The translations under genes were made by a program, and so were the position numbers. From Clostridiales bacterium UBA3678 (GTDB lineage Bacteria; Bacillota; Clostridia; TANB77; CAG-508), in assembly GCA_002372935.1 (NCBI GenBank), contig DFJF01000004.1:118002-182001 (forward strand): DNA of 64,000 bases, in the 5' to 3' direction. Positions 20,775-30,157 of this stretch are shown piece after piece (position 1 is the stretch's first letter; each line of letters begins with the position of its first letter). The notes beneath the pieces were generated by a model. It was not told where the DNA came from. It saw only the letters and a list, made by a program, of their open reading frames with translations, and made no database searches.

Positions 20775-20948
20775 TTAATTATCTAATTTTGGTGCATCCA
20801 CTGGGCAAACTGCAGAACAAGTTCCACATTCTATACAAGCTTCTGGATCTATAACATATTTTCCATCACCTTGAGATATACAACTTACTGGACAGTTTGC
20901 AGCACAAGCTCCGCAAGATATACATTTGTCTGTAATTTTATATGCCAT
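20775..20948 (-). CDS. 2x[4Fe-4S] clostridial-type ferredoxin
   Basis: CISCGACAANCP and CIECGTCSAVCP cluster motifs. Start at the ATG at 20948 (MAYKITD) behind GGAGAG. Confidence 0.9.
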   Translation of the reverse strand: MAYKITDKCISCGACAANCPVSCISQGDGKYVIDPEACIECGTCSAVCPVDAPKLDN

Positions 20949-21882
20949 TTTTTTCACTCTCCTTTCTTAAATCTTCTTTATCTAATTCTTCAAGCCTTTT
21001 GAGTTCTTTTATGTCCTCTGTTTCTTCATTTTGATTATTTTCCTTTTCTGCATTATTATCTTTAATTACTTTAATATCACTTACATTGTATTTTTTATAT
21101 GAAATATCTTCTCCCTTTTGTAATCTTACTCTAACTCTTTCTGCTAATATTTCAACATTTACAATTTCTCCTTCCCCATCTTCAGTTTTTACTATTGCTC
21201 CGACATGAGGAAGTCTAGATAGTTTTTCCTCATAAACATCATTTTCATATTTTAAACAACACATAAGTCTTCCACAATTTCCCGAGATTTTTGATAAATT
21301 TAAAGATAGGTTTTGTTCTTTTGCCATTTTTATTGATACAGTTTCAAAATTATTTAAAAATGAACAACAACATAGTTCTCTTCCACAAACTCCATTTCCG
21401 CCTATTCTTTTTACCTCATCTCTTACACCTATTTGTCTTAATTCTATTCTTGTTTTATAATTTGCAGCTAATTCTTTTACTAAATCTCTAAAATCAATTC
21501 TGCCATCTGCTGTAAAGAAAAATAGTATTTTGGTGTTATTGAATTTATATTCAACATCAGTTAATTTCATTTTTAAGCCTAGTTGTTTTATTTTTTTAAT
21601 GCAAAAATTATAAGCTTCTTTTTCTTTTTTCTTGCATTCTTCATAATGTTTTAAATCTCTGTTATTGGCAATTCTTATAACTTTTTTTAATGGTTTTACT
21701 ATTTTTTCTTCTTCAATTTTTCTATTTGCTATAACTACTTCTGCAATATCTTCCCCATCTGTAGTATCAACTATAACATTCTCACCTTTTTTCATTATTA
21801 AGTATTGTGGATCAAAAAAATATATTTTTCCTAATCTTCTAAATCTTACACCTACAATATTTTTCAATGCATTTCCTCCCAT
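20938..21882 (-). CDS. PSP1-domain protein (YaaT/RicT-like stage 0 sporulation protein)
   Basis: VGVRFRRLGKIYFFDP N-terminus, CGRELCCC and CGRLMCCLKYE Cys motifs. Downstream of holB, as in Bacillus yaaT. Confidence 0.85.
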   Translation of the reverse strand: MGGNALKNIVGVRFRRLGKIYFFDPQYLIMKKGENVIVDTTDGEDIAEVVIANRKIEEEKIVKPLKKVIRIANNRDLKHYEECKKKEKEAYNFCIKKIKQLGLKMKLTDVEYKFNNTKILFFFTADGRIDFRDLVKELAANYKTRIELRQIGVRDEVKRIGGNGVCGRELCCCSFLNNFETVSIKMAKEQNLSLNLSKISGNCGRLMCCLKYENDVYEEKLSRLPHVGAIVKTEDGEGEIVNVEILAERVRVRLQKGEDISYKKYNVSDIKVIKDNNAEKENNQNEETEDIKELKRLEELDKEDLRKESEKNGI

Positions 21883-22754
21883 ATTTTTAGTAGCATATTA
21901 TCAATGCACATATTATAATTTCCATTTGCATTTAATCTTATTTTTGTATCTTCTACAATATTTATACAATTTAAATATTTAATATTTTCCTTTCCCATTT
22001 TAAATAGAATTGTATTAATCGCATCTAATATAGAATTTTTTTCTTCTTGTGATTTATAAATAACATCTGCTCTTTTAAATAAATCTATTATATCTAAATT
22101 TTCTATATTCTCAATTATTTCTATAATACTATTATAGAGTTCTTGCTTATCTTTTAATTTTTCAGCTTTTCCTATACTTCCATCAAAAATCTCTAGTAAA
22201 TTATCAGAAACTTTTATATCATATTTACTTTTTAAATAATCTTTTATCTGACTATTTTCTATGTCTTGAAATTTTATTATAGTACATCTTGATTTTATTG
22301 TACTTAAAAAATTATTTTCATTTGAGCCAATTAAAATAATTGTAACAAATTCTGGTGGCTCTTCTAATGTTTTTAATAAACAGTTTTGAGCTTCTATTGT
22401 CATCAAATCTGCATCATTTATAATATAAACTTTATTTTGTGAAATTATAGGAGCTTCAATAATTTTTCTTTGCATTTGCCTTATTTGTTCGATTTTTATG
22501 CTATTTCCATCTGGCTCAACCATCTGAAAATCCGGATTATTGTTTGAATCAAATTCTATACATGATTTGCAATGATTACAATATTTTTTTTCATTTAAAC
22601 ATAATATCATTTTTGCAAATTCTTTTGCAATTTCTTTTTTACCTATTCCTGCGGTTCCAAGAAATAGATAACTATGAGATATTTTATTTAATTCAACAGT
22701 ATGTATTAATTCATTTTTTATATTGTTATTCCCTATAATTTTTTCAAACATCAT
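21864..22754 (-). CDS. holB: DNA polymerase III delta' subunit
   Basis: HSYLFLGTAGIGKK P-loop-like segment, CNHCKSCIEF zinc module, LLKTLEEPP and KSRCTII (SRC motif). Confidence 0.85.
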   Translation of the reverse strand: MMFEKIIGNNNIKNELIHTVELNKISHSYLFLGTAGIGKKEIAKEFAKMILCLNEKKYCNHCKSCIEFDSNNNPDFQMVEPDGNSIKIEQIRQMQRKIIEAPIISQNKVYIINDADLMTIEAQNCLLKTLEEPPEFVTIILIGSNENNFLSTIKSRCTIIKFQDIENSQIKDYLKSKYDIKVSDNLLEIFDGSIGKAEKLKDKQELYNSIIEIIENIENLDIIDLFKRADVIYKSQEEKNSILDAINTILFKMGKENIKYLNCINIVEDTKIRLNANGNYNMCIDNMLLKIWEEMH

Positions 22755-22765
22755 TACACCTTTTT

Positions 22766-23455
22766 TTATTTATCTATTTTTCCAAATAAACTAAATGGCC
22801 AAATTCTTATCCAAACTTTACTTTCAACTTTTTCTAAAGGTATACATCCAAAACATCTACTGTCTGTACTTCCTGATCTGTTATCTCCCATTACAAATAA
22901 ACAATTTTGGGGTACAACAACATCTATACAACTTCCACTGCCCGCATCTGTAACCAAACCTGAAGGTAAATAATTTTCATCTAACTTTTGATTATCGATA
23001 TAAACATTTCCATCTTTTATTTCTACATGTTCTCCAGGAAGACCTATTACTCTTTTTATATAACTGGTTTTTCCTATTTCTAAAACATAATATGAAAACT
23101 TGCCCCAAAGTGAAGTTGGCTCATCTACATACCTTGCAATAACACTTTCTGAAAGCTCATTTTGAGTAAGTGTTGTATATTTATCTGTTGGAGCCTCAAA
23201 TGTAATAATATCTCCCCTAGATGGCATCTTTTTAGTTGTTCTAACCCATCTATTTAGCCAAAGTCTTTGATCTGGCTGTAATGTTGGAACCATTGATCTC
23301 TGTTGAACTATTGTTGGAGTACCTATATAATATCTAAATGCAATAGCAATAATAAGTGCAATTATTATACAAACTATCCATTCTAAAATGTCTTTAATTC
23401 TGCTTTTTATTTCTTCTTTCAACTTTTTAAATTCCTTTCTTTTGTTAAAAATCAA
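22766..23455 (-). CDS. lepB: signal peptidase I
   Basis: SMVPTL catalytic Ser box, YIKRVIGLPGE and GDNRSGSTDSR. Confidence 0.9.
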   Translation of the reverse strand: MIFNKRKEFKKLKEEIKSRIKDILEWIVCIIIALIIAIAFRYYIGTPTIVQQRSMVPTLQPDQRLWLNRWVRTTKKMPSRGDIITFEAPTDKYTTLTQNELSESVIARYVDEPTSLWGKFSYYVLEIGKTSYIKRVIGLPGEHVEIKDGNVYIDNQKLDENYLPSGLVTDAGSGSCIDVVVPQNCLFVMGDNRSGSTDSRCFGCIPLEKVESKVWIRIWPFSLFGKIDK

Positions 23456-23456
23456 A

Positions 23457-24377
23457 TTAACAATTTTTATCTATGACAGGTACAACCTGCTTTTTGCGAG
23501 ACACAACACCTGGTAAAAATGCTGTATTATCATTTAATTTTACATTAAACGCCTTTTCTGCAATGTCTTTTCTTGAACCTGCAACTAAAATTTGAGAGTT
23601 ATTTTCTAATATATCTGTTATAAGTAAAACAAATAAATCTTGCGAATTTTTACTGATAAAGTTTTTCATTGCATTTTCAATTTTCTCTTTGTCTTTTATA
23701 ACTTCTTCTATACTAGCCGTATTTACTTGAGCTACTTGATAGTTTACACCATTTGTAGAAAATGGCTTAGAATCTATATTTATTAACTCATCAGCAGAAA
23801 AATCGCTTAAATCTGTACCAGCTTTTAACATTTCTAATCCATATTCTTTTACATCAATTTTAGCAATTTCACCTAATTCTTCTAATACTTTTTTATCTAA
23901 ATCTGTAGTTGTTGGTGATTTTAGAAGCAATGTATCTGATATTATTGCACTTGCCATTAGTCCTGCTATTTTAGAATCTATTTCTATATTTTTATTTTTA
24001 TACATTCCATAAATAATAGTTGCAGTACAACCAACAGGCATTGCTGTATAGTACAATGGCTCTGATGTGCTAAATCCTGAAATTTTGTGATGATCTACAA
24101 CTTCTAATATATTTGCATTTTCTATATTTTTTACACTTTGTCCAAAATCATTGTGATCTACTAATATTACACTTTGAGAATTTTCTAAATCTTCTAACAA
24201 TTCTGGTTCTTCTTGTCTAAAATAATCTAGTGCAAATTTTGTTTCTTTATTTATATTTCCGAGTCTATAAGCTTTAGCTTCTTTTTTTAGTTTATTTTTT
24301 AAATTTGCCATTGCTATTGCTGACATTATTGTATCTGTGTCTGGATTCTTATGCCCAAATATTAATATTTTTTCCAT
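23457..24377 (-). CDS. ppaC: family II (Mn-dependent) inorganic pyrophosphatase
   Basis: DHH-family motifs FGHKNPDTDTI, VDHNDF and VVDHHK. About 306 aa. Confidence 0.9.
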   Translation of the reverse strand: MEKILIFGHKNPDTDTIMSAIAMANLKNKLKKEAKAYRLGNINKETKFALDYFRQEEPELLEDLENSQSVILVDHNDFGQSVKNIENANILEVVDHHKISGFSTSEPLYYTAMPVGCTATIIYGMYKNKNIEIDSKIAGLMASAIISDTLLLKSPTTTDLDKKVLEELGEIAKIDVKEYGLEMLKAGTDLSDFSADELINIDSKPFSTNGVNYQVAQVNTASIEEVIKDKEKIENAMKNFISKNSQDLFVLLITDILENNSQILVAGSRKDIAEKAFNVKLNDNTAFLPGVVSRKKQVVPVIDKNC

Positions 24378-24505
24378 TTCTCTCTTTCCTTTCTATCTCG
24401 TAAATTCTTACTTTCCCATTATATACAATTTTTTATTAAAAGTAAAGAGAAATATTTGATTTTCCATACTTTTTTATGTATAATATTCACATAAGGAGAA
24501 AAAAT

Positions 24506-25135
24506 ATGGCAAAAAATAAAACAAAACAAATAATAGAAATATTAAAACAAACATATCCAGATGCGCAATGTAGTTTGAATTTTTCAACTCCATTTGAACT
24601 TGTTGTAGCAGTTATGCTTTCAGCTCAATGTACAGACGAAAGAGTAAATGCAACTGTGCCTCCATTATTTGCTAAATGCAAAACAATCCAGGATTTTATG
24701 GATATTGATATAAATGAGTTAGAAAATTTTATTCATCCTTGTGGATTTTATAAAAATAAAGCAAAAAATATAAAATTATGTGCAAAACAGATTATGGAGA
24801 ATTTTAATGGTCAAGTTCCAAAAGATATGGATAGCCTTTTAAGTTTAGCTGGAATTGGCAGAAAAAGTGCAAATGTTATTAGACTTGAAGTATTTGGAAT
24901 AGCTGATGGAATAGCTGTTGATACACATTGCAAGAGAATTTCAAATAGACTTGGACTTTCAAATGAAAAAGATCCATCAAAAATAGAACAAGATTTATTA
25001 AAACAAATAGACCATAAATATTTAAAAGATGTTAATCATTTATTTATCTGGCATGGTAGATACACATGTACTGCTAGAAACCCCAAATGTGATAAATGCA
25101 CAATTAAGGATTTTTGTAAAAATAAAGTTAATTAA
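24506..25135 (+). CDS. nth: endonuclease III
   Basis: HhH LAGIGRKSANVI, VDTH, and C-terminal Fe-S motif CTARNPKCDKCTIKDFC. ATG at 24506 behind AAGGAG. Confidence 0.92.
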   Translation: MAKNKTKQIIEILKQTYPDAQCSLNFSTPFELVVAVMLSAQCTDERVNATVPPLFAKCKTIQDFMDIDINELENFIHPCGFYKNKAKNIKLCAKQIMENFNGQVPKDMDSLLSLAGIGRKSANVIRLEVFGIADGIAVDTHCKRISNRLGLSNEKDPSKIEQDLLKQIDHKYLKDVNHLFIWHGRYTCTARNPKCDKCTIKDFCKNKVN

Positions 25136-25166
25136 CATAAATAAAAGGCTCTTTCAATTGAGCCTT

Positions 25167-25586
25167 TTATGTTTTATTATCAATATATTTATTAATCATA
25201 TTATTTACTTTTTCAAATAAATCTGGAATATAGTCTAATAATCTGTCAATAGCAGTAGAATTATCAATTGGAAGCAATTTTACAATATCTCCTTGAATTA
25301 CTAAAAATGCAACTGGATTAATGGAAACTCCAGCCCCTGCACCACCTCCGAATGGTAGCCTATATTGAATCTGCTCGTCTTTTTCTTGTTTTTTATATTC
25401 ATCAATTGTTTCGCCTTTAAATTCACTTCCACCAGCGGCAAAACCAAAAGAAACTTTTGATATTGGAATTACAACAATATCAGTTGATGTTTGAATTGGA
25501 TCTCCAACTATTGTATTTACATCAATCATATCTCTTATGCTATTCATTGCTGTAAGCATAAGTCCTTCTATTGGATGTTCTGTCAT
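25167..25586 (-). CDS. ytfJ: sporulation protein YtfJ (GerW family)
   Basis: PISKVSFGFAAGGSEF and LPFGGGAGAGVSINPVAFLVI motifs. Confidence 0.85.
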   Translation of the reverse strand: MTEHPIEGLMLTAMNSIRDMIDVNTIVGDPIQTSTDIVVIPISKVSFGFAAGGSEFKGETIDEYKKQEKDEQIQYRLPFGGGAGAGVSINPVAFLVIQGDIVKLLPIDNSTAIDRLLDYIPDLFEKVNNMINKYIDNKT

Positions 25587-25665
25587 TTTTTCACTCTCCT
25601 ATATTATAAATATTATTATATTTATAATATCTACAATATTTGAGTAATTATGCATTTTTTTCAAA

Positions 25666-25696
25666 TGACTTTTTTCGACATAACTATTAAATTAAT
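25666..25696. repeat. 31-bp direct repeat, copy A (flanks the Rpn-nuclease cassette)
   Basis: TGACTTTTTTCGACATAACTATTAAATTAAT is identical to 26818-26848. Confidence 0.95.
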
Positions 25697-25755
25697 TTTT
25701 AAAAATAGTGTAAACCTATATTAGTTCTAAACATTTTCTCAAATATCTAATTTTA

Positions 25756-25797
25756 AAAAGTGACGGTTTTTCTTTTTTTAAAAAACCGCCACTCTTT
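25756..25797. terminator. degenerate member of the GACGGTT palindromic terminator family (copy 3)
   Basis: AGTGACGGTTTTT-cttttttta-AAAAACCGCCACT, one mismatch in the stem. Confidence 0.6.
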
Positions 25798-25854
25798 GAA
25801 AGTATTTAATTTTAATTCATATTTTAAATTTGTTTATTTTTTCTTTATTCTATT

Positions 25855-26748
25855 TTACTTTATTTTTTCTATCTCTTCTTCTGTTAATCCTGTAACTCTA
25901 GCAATGAATTGTATATCTACATTTTCTTGCTTTAAATTTCTTGCTATCTCTTCCTGTTTTTTTGACTGTCCAGACTTATAGCCTTTATCATATCCAAAAT
26001 CTTCTATTGCATGTTTGTCCCTTATATACTTTAATCTCATCTCGGCTAACCATTTCTCATGTTCATCTGCACTGATGTCTTCAAGAATTTTCTGTGCTTT
26101 TTTGATTTCCTCTATATCTTCTTCTCTCATATTTTTATTCACCACTACTTTCGAATTCTTTATAAAATATAGCCAAGAATTTAATTTTTGGTTATCTTTT
26201 ACTGCACCATTCTTTAACTTATTTAACTCTATTATATAAATTTCCAACACATCTGTCAAGATGATTTTTCCGTATTTTTCTTCTCTTATATTCCATTTTG
26301 TTACATATTCTGGAATTTTTTTTAATTTTTCTAAATTATAATCACTAATTAGAATTGCAATTGTTCTTTTTAATTCATCATAATCTTGACCTTGCTTAAT
26401 TCCTTGTGAATACATTTTACTCCAATAAAATAATAATCTTTTTTCAATATTCTTTTTATCACAAATCTGCATTTCCACATTACATACAACATTGTCATTT
26501 AATCTTGCTTTTATATCTAGGATTCCTAGTTTATCATCTAATAAATCTTTATCCATTATTGGATTACAATCTAATTCTATTTTTTCTATTTTATCTGGAA
26601 TTATTGAACTTAAAAAACTTTTTGTTATATCTTCATTTCCTGTATGTCCAAATATTCTTTTAAATACATAGTCGTTTTTTGGATCTAATAATTTTATGAT
26701 AATATCACTTCTCTTTCTGAATTTAATTTTTTGAATAAAATAATGCAA
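25855..26748 (-). CDS. Rpn-family recombination-promoting nuclease / PD-(D/E)XK putative transposase
   Basis: LLDPKNDYVFKRIFG N-terminus, ILDIKARL...VEMQ core and a C-terminal helical tail, typical of the YhgA/Rpn (Transposase_31) family. Confidence 0.8.
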   Translation of the reverse strand: MHYFIQKIKFRKRSDIIIKLLDPKNDYVFKRIFGHTGNEDITKSFLSSIIPDKIEKIELDCNPIMDKDLLDDKLGILDIKARLNDNVVCNVEMQICDKKNIEKRLLFYWSKMYSQGIKQGQDYDELKRTIAILISDYNLEKLKKIPEYVTKWNIREEKYGKIILTDVLEIYIIELNKLKNGAVKDNQKLNSWLYFIKNSKVVVNKNMREEDIEEIKKAQKILEDISADEHEKWLAEMRLKYIRDKHAIEDFGYDKGYKSGQSKKQEEIARNLKQENVDIQFIARVTGLTEEEIEKIK

Positions 26749-26817
26749 ATTTAAAACATTTGAATTAAATTGTCTTTATTTTACCATATATTTCCAAATG
26801 GGTCAAGAAAAATCATT

Positions 26818-26848
26818 TGACTTTTTTCGACATAACTATTAAATTAAT
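26818..26848. repeat. 31-bp direct repeat, copy B
   Basis: Identical to 25666-25696. Here it reads as TTGACT-17 nt-TAAATT, promoter-like on the + strand. An ACCCTAGG...CCTAGGGT hairpin (26880-26920) plus a T-run follows. Confidence 0.95.
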
Positions 26849-27128
26849 GATAAGTGATAAATGAGAAGACGTATTGAAAACCCTAGGAAAATCTTATATC
26901 ATTTAAGATCTGCCTAGGGTTAAATATTATTTTTCAAAACTTAATTCGAGGGTGTAGAGGGTGTATAATAAAGTGTGGAGATTTATAAAAGTCTTTACAC
27001 TTTAATTGACACAGTCTATAGTCGATTTTGTTTTTTGTTGTTTGCCTTGTTGCACTCTTGTTATGTTTTTATGTTGTATGGATATTAGATTCTAGATTTG
27101 AAACTACGCCTCCGCGAACTCAGACTAC

Positions 27129-28202
27129 TTACATAGGCCCTTCACGATGTGGCTCTTCCTCACTAACAAGTGCCCCAGAAGTATCATAATATCTAGAACG
27201 GCCGTCATCAGAATCATCTGCACGATATCCTGTAAATGGAATATCATATTCATGTGTTGTTTCATTATATTTGTATGTACTTGGTCCTTCATAATAGACA
27301 TGTACTAAATGGTCTGGTGTGCTTGGAGTTACTAAAACTTTTTTTCCATATATTTCTTGTTCTCCAAATTTAGTTAGATCAATGTCCATCATTGTTGCTG
27401 TTGCACTCCAAGGATCTTCTACAATTGATATTTTATATAAAGAATCTCCATATTGCACAATTAGATATCCTTCTCCTTCATCTTCTTCTCCTCCTGTAAT
27501 ATTTTTAAGTTTTTCAGTTGCATCAGTTATTGGTGCTACATTTTGAAAACTTCCATTTTTATTAAATACACTTGGTCCTTTTGAAAAATACTCTTGCAAT
27601 TTTGATAAATCGTCTGTTTTTGCTACTGGTGTATTGTTTGAATCATCGCTATCTGTTAAACTTCCTAATATTAGATTTTCACTTGTACCATTTCCATAGT
27701 ACACAACTTTATATGTAATTTGAGTTGTTGGTGTTGCAGCAATTTTTATAGGTGTTATTGTAGCAACTTTTGTATTTACTATACTTCCTGTTGATGTACT
27801 TTGTTTTTCTAACATATATACATCTTTTAATTCTACTGTTGCATCTCCATTTCCTAATGATTGTCTAGAACCCAACAATGCTGTTACATTTATTTGATAT
27901 TTTCCTGTATCTTCTCCTATTTCATTACCTATAATAGATTTTGATTGTAAATATTCTATTAAAGTTGATGAATTTTTTGATGTCGTTTTATCTGATAAGT
28001 ATGCTAATTCTTCTAACTGCAATTGCTCATATATATTTGCATGTTTTGTTTTATTTTTTGCTTCTGTTGTTTTATTTAATAATGCATTATCTCCTGTTAA
28101 CATTGAAATTGACACTCCTGCTAGAATTAACAACACTATTATTGTGATTACAAGTGCTATCAATGTTATACCTTTTTTATTATTTTTTTCTATTAATTTC
28201 AT
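27129..28202 (-). CDS. prepilin-type N-terminal domain protein (orphan pilin-like)
   Basis: NKKGITLIALVITIIVLLILAGVSISMLTG is a class-III signal/pilin-like N-terminus (Ala rather than Glu at +5). No pilus assembly genes nearby. The 3' end of the gene and the downstream DNA are visibly GC-richer than the surroundings. Confidence 0.65.
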   Translation of the reverse strand: MKLIEKNNKKGITLIALVITIIVLLILAGVSISMLTGDNALLNKTTEAKNKTKHANIYEQLQLEELAYLSDKTTSKNSSTLIEYLQSKSIIGNEIGEDTGKYQINVTALLGSRQSLGNGDATVELKDVYMLEKQSTSTGSIVNTKVATITPIKIAATPTTQITYKVVYYGNGTSENLILGSLTDSDDSNNTPVAKTDDLSKLQEYFSKGPSVFNKNGSFQNVAPITDATEKLKNITGGEEDEGEGYLIVQYGDSLYKISIVEDPWSATATMMDIDLTKFGEQEIYGKKVLVTPSTPDHLVHVYYEGPSTYKYNETTHEYDIPFTGYRADDSDDGRSRYYDTSGALVSEEEPHREGPM

Positions 28203-28360
28203 CTTTTTTTCCCCCTCTTTTTACTTTTGTTTCTTTTCTCTCTTTTATATTATTCTACTAAAATCAATAATTTTTGTCAATAAATTTTGAAAAAATTTGT
28301 ATTTGACAAATCAAAGTATTGAAATTCAAATTTACTAGAAATCTAAAACTCTGAATTTCA

Positions 28361-28891
28361 TTATATTTTTGTTACACTCACCACATCTATAATATTAAAA
28401 CTAATAACACAGTCGAGTTTTATTTTCAAAATATTACTATTATAGAGAGGATTTATTTCATACTTTTTATTATTAAAATCTTTCACTATTTTTGCCATAA
28501 AAAAACTTAAAATTATTGAAACATAACCAATAAGTATTGCAGTAAATGCTGGATCTTCAATTCCAACTCCTATTTTTAAATCTAGTTTTTCTAAAGCATA
28601 TCTTAATTTATCAATATGTTGTAAACTACTACCTACATTTTTAATTTTTTTTAGTGAAATTTTATTTCTTATTTTATCTTTAATTTTCTTATTTTTAAAC
28701 ATCTTTATTAAATCAATTTGTGCTATTTTAAAGAAGAATAGTAAATAAATTTTTAGCAAAATTTTACTATCCTCACTTATTGAATATAAACTATTTTTTG
28801 AAAATTCAATCTGAAAATTCTTTGTTTCAATTTTTATATTAAAAGTCAAAAATATTAATATAATTAATACAATTATTATTATCAATATCAT
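28361..28891 (-). CDS. hypothetical membrane protein, possibly YtfI/DUF2953-like
   Basis: N-terminal TM helix and LDLKIGVGIEDPAFTAILIGYVSIILSF. Same strand as ytfJ and upstream of it. Weak recollection-based call. Confidence 0.35.
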   Translation of the reverse strand: MILIIIIVLIILIFLTFNIKIETKNFQIEFSKNSLYSISEDSKILLKIYLLFFFKIAQIDLIKMFKNKKIKDKIRNKISLKKIKNVGSSLQHIDKLRYALEKLDLKIGVGIEDPAFTAILIGYVSIILSFFMAKIVKDFNNKKYEINPLYNSNILKIKLDCVISFNIIDVVSVTKI

Positions 28892-29073
28892 ACTATTTTC
28901 CTTTAATTATAAATAAACTATTATAAAATACTATATCTAATTTTTTCAAAAATTTCAAGAATTATTCATTTCAAAAATATAAAATAACAAAAAGATATGT
29001 TCTCAATTTGGAAGTATATTTTTTTTATTTTTGTAAATAATACAATTATCTCAGATCAATGGAGGTGTTAATT

Positions 29074-29166
29074 ATGGCAGAAAATAATAATAAGAAAAAC
29101 AATAATAACAACAAAAACAGTAAAAATAACAATAACAATAAAAATAATAATAACGAAAATAGATAA
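29074..29166 (+). CDS. 30-aa Asn/Lys-only micro-ORF
   Basis: GGAGGTG RBS 6 nt upstream of the ATG. MAENNNKKNNNNNKNSKNNNNNKNNNNENR. Terminator hairpin directly downstream. Confidence 0.4.
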   Translation: MAENNNKKNNNNNKNSKNNNNNKNNNNENR

Positions 29167-29178
29167 CCAAATAAACAA

Positions 29179-29203
29179 GAGTCCAAAATTTTTCATTGGA
29201 CTC
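29179..29203. terminator. bidirectional terminator hairpin
   Basis: GAGTCCAA-aatttttca-TTGGACTC with T-rich flanks on both strands. Confidence 0.55.
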
Positions 29204-29210
29204 CTTTCAT

Positions 29211-29594
29211 TTAATTATTTTCAGTTATTTCAATCTTATAATATTTGCTATTTTCCGCAGTATATGTAGCTCTAAACATTTTCTTTTCATTTGCTCCCAA
29301 ATTTTCTATTTTTAAATATTGTGTTGTAATATTTTCATCAGCAGAATTAAATATTGCAATTTTTATATATTTTCCATTTAAATTATTTTGCTCATTATTT
29401 TGAACATATCCATAAATTCTACCTTGATTTTTTGTAGCTTCTGCTTTATCTATTGTAATTTGCTTTGGCAAGTCTTGTTTAGATTCAATATTTTTATAAC
29501 TTGCATTAAAGCCAACAAAAATCAAAAAGCTGGTAAAAAGATAAAATGCAATTATCCATAAAATATATTTTAAAAAAGTTTTTAAAGTACCCAT
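29211..29594 (-). CDS. hypothetical membrane-anchored protein
   Basis: One N-terminal TM helix (ILWIIAFYLFTSFLIFVGF) plus a beta-rich domain of about 90 aa. No family recognised. Confidence 0.5.
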   Translation of the reverse strand: MGTLKTFLKYILWIIAFYLFTSFLIFVGFNASYKNIESKQDLPKQITIDKAEATKNQGRIYGYVQNNEQNNLNGKYIKIAIFNSADENITTQYLKIENLGANEKKMFRATYTAENSKYYKIEITENN

Positions 29595-29637
29595 ATATCC
29601 TGCTCCATTTCATATTAATTGTATTTGCATCTTATGT

Positions 29638-30141
29638 TTATTCTAATTCTTTTCTACTATTTTGAACTGTTTTTATAGTATCTTCTAATGAGATATGCAT
29701 TAAGTTCATTGCTTCTGAAAGATTCTTTTCTAATGTTGCCATTGTGTCTGTTAAAACTTTTTCTGTATTATTAAGTAAGCCATCTGCATATTCCTTTGTA
29801 CCATTTGTAATCTCTCTTGACATCTCATTTGCTGTTTCTATTATTTCATTTTTTTGTTCATAAGCTTTTCTTGTAATTTCATGCTCATCAATCATTGAGA
29901 TTATCCTATTTTCAGCTTCTTTCACAACCTCATCAGCCTCTTTTTGAGCCTCAACTAAGATACGTTGTCTTTCTTCTTTTATCCATTTAGCTTGTTTTAA
30001 TTCATCTGGTAATTTTAAACGTATTTCCTTTATAATATCTAATAATTCTTCTTTATCAACAATTATTTTATTAGTAAACGGTACAGATTTTCCTTTTTCT
30101 AAAATATCTTCTAAAGTTTCTAATAAAGTAAATATTTCCAT
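29638..30141 (-). CDS. hypothetical coiled-coil protein
   Basis: 167 aa, Glu/Lys-rich heptad-like sequence. Follows rsmD on the same strand. Confidence 0.5.
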   Translation of the reverse strand: MEIFTLLETLEDILEKGKSVPFTNKIIVDKEELLDIIKEIRLKLPDELKQAKWIKEERQRILVEAQKEADEVVKEAENRIISMIDEHEITRKAYEQKNEIIETANEMSREITNGTKEYADGLLNNTEKVLTDTMATLEKNLSEAMNLMHISLEDTIKTVQNSRKELE

Positions 30142-30157
30142 AGGATTTTCTTCCTTT

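Noticed and set aside
25760-25981. 73-aa + strand ORF spanning the terminator and the 3' end of the Rpn gene.
   Set aside because: It begins inside a terminator hairpin, runs antisense to the Rpn gene and gives a low-complexity product.
26930-27128. GC-richer non-coding stretch downstream of the pilin-like gene, examined for a tRNA, riboswitch or other structured RNA.
   Set aside because: I could not fold a cloverleaf or find a known conserved motif. It is retained only as compositional evidence for foreign origin.
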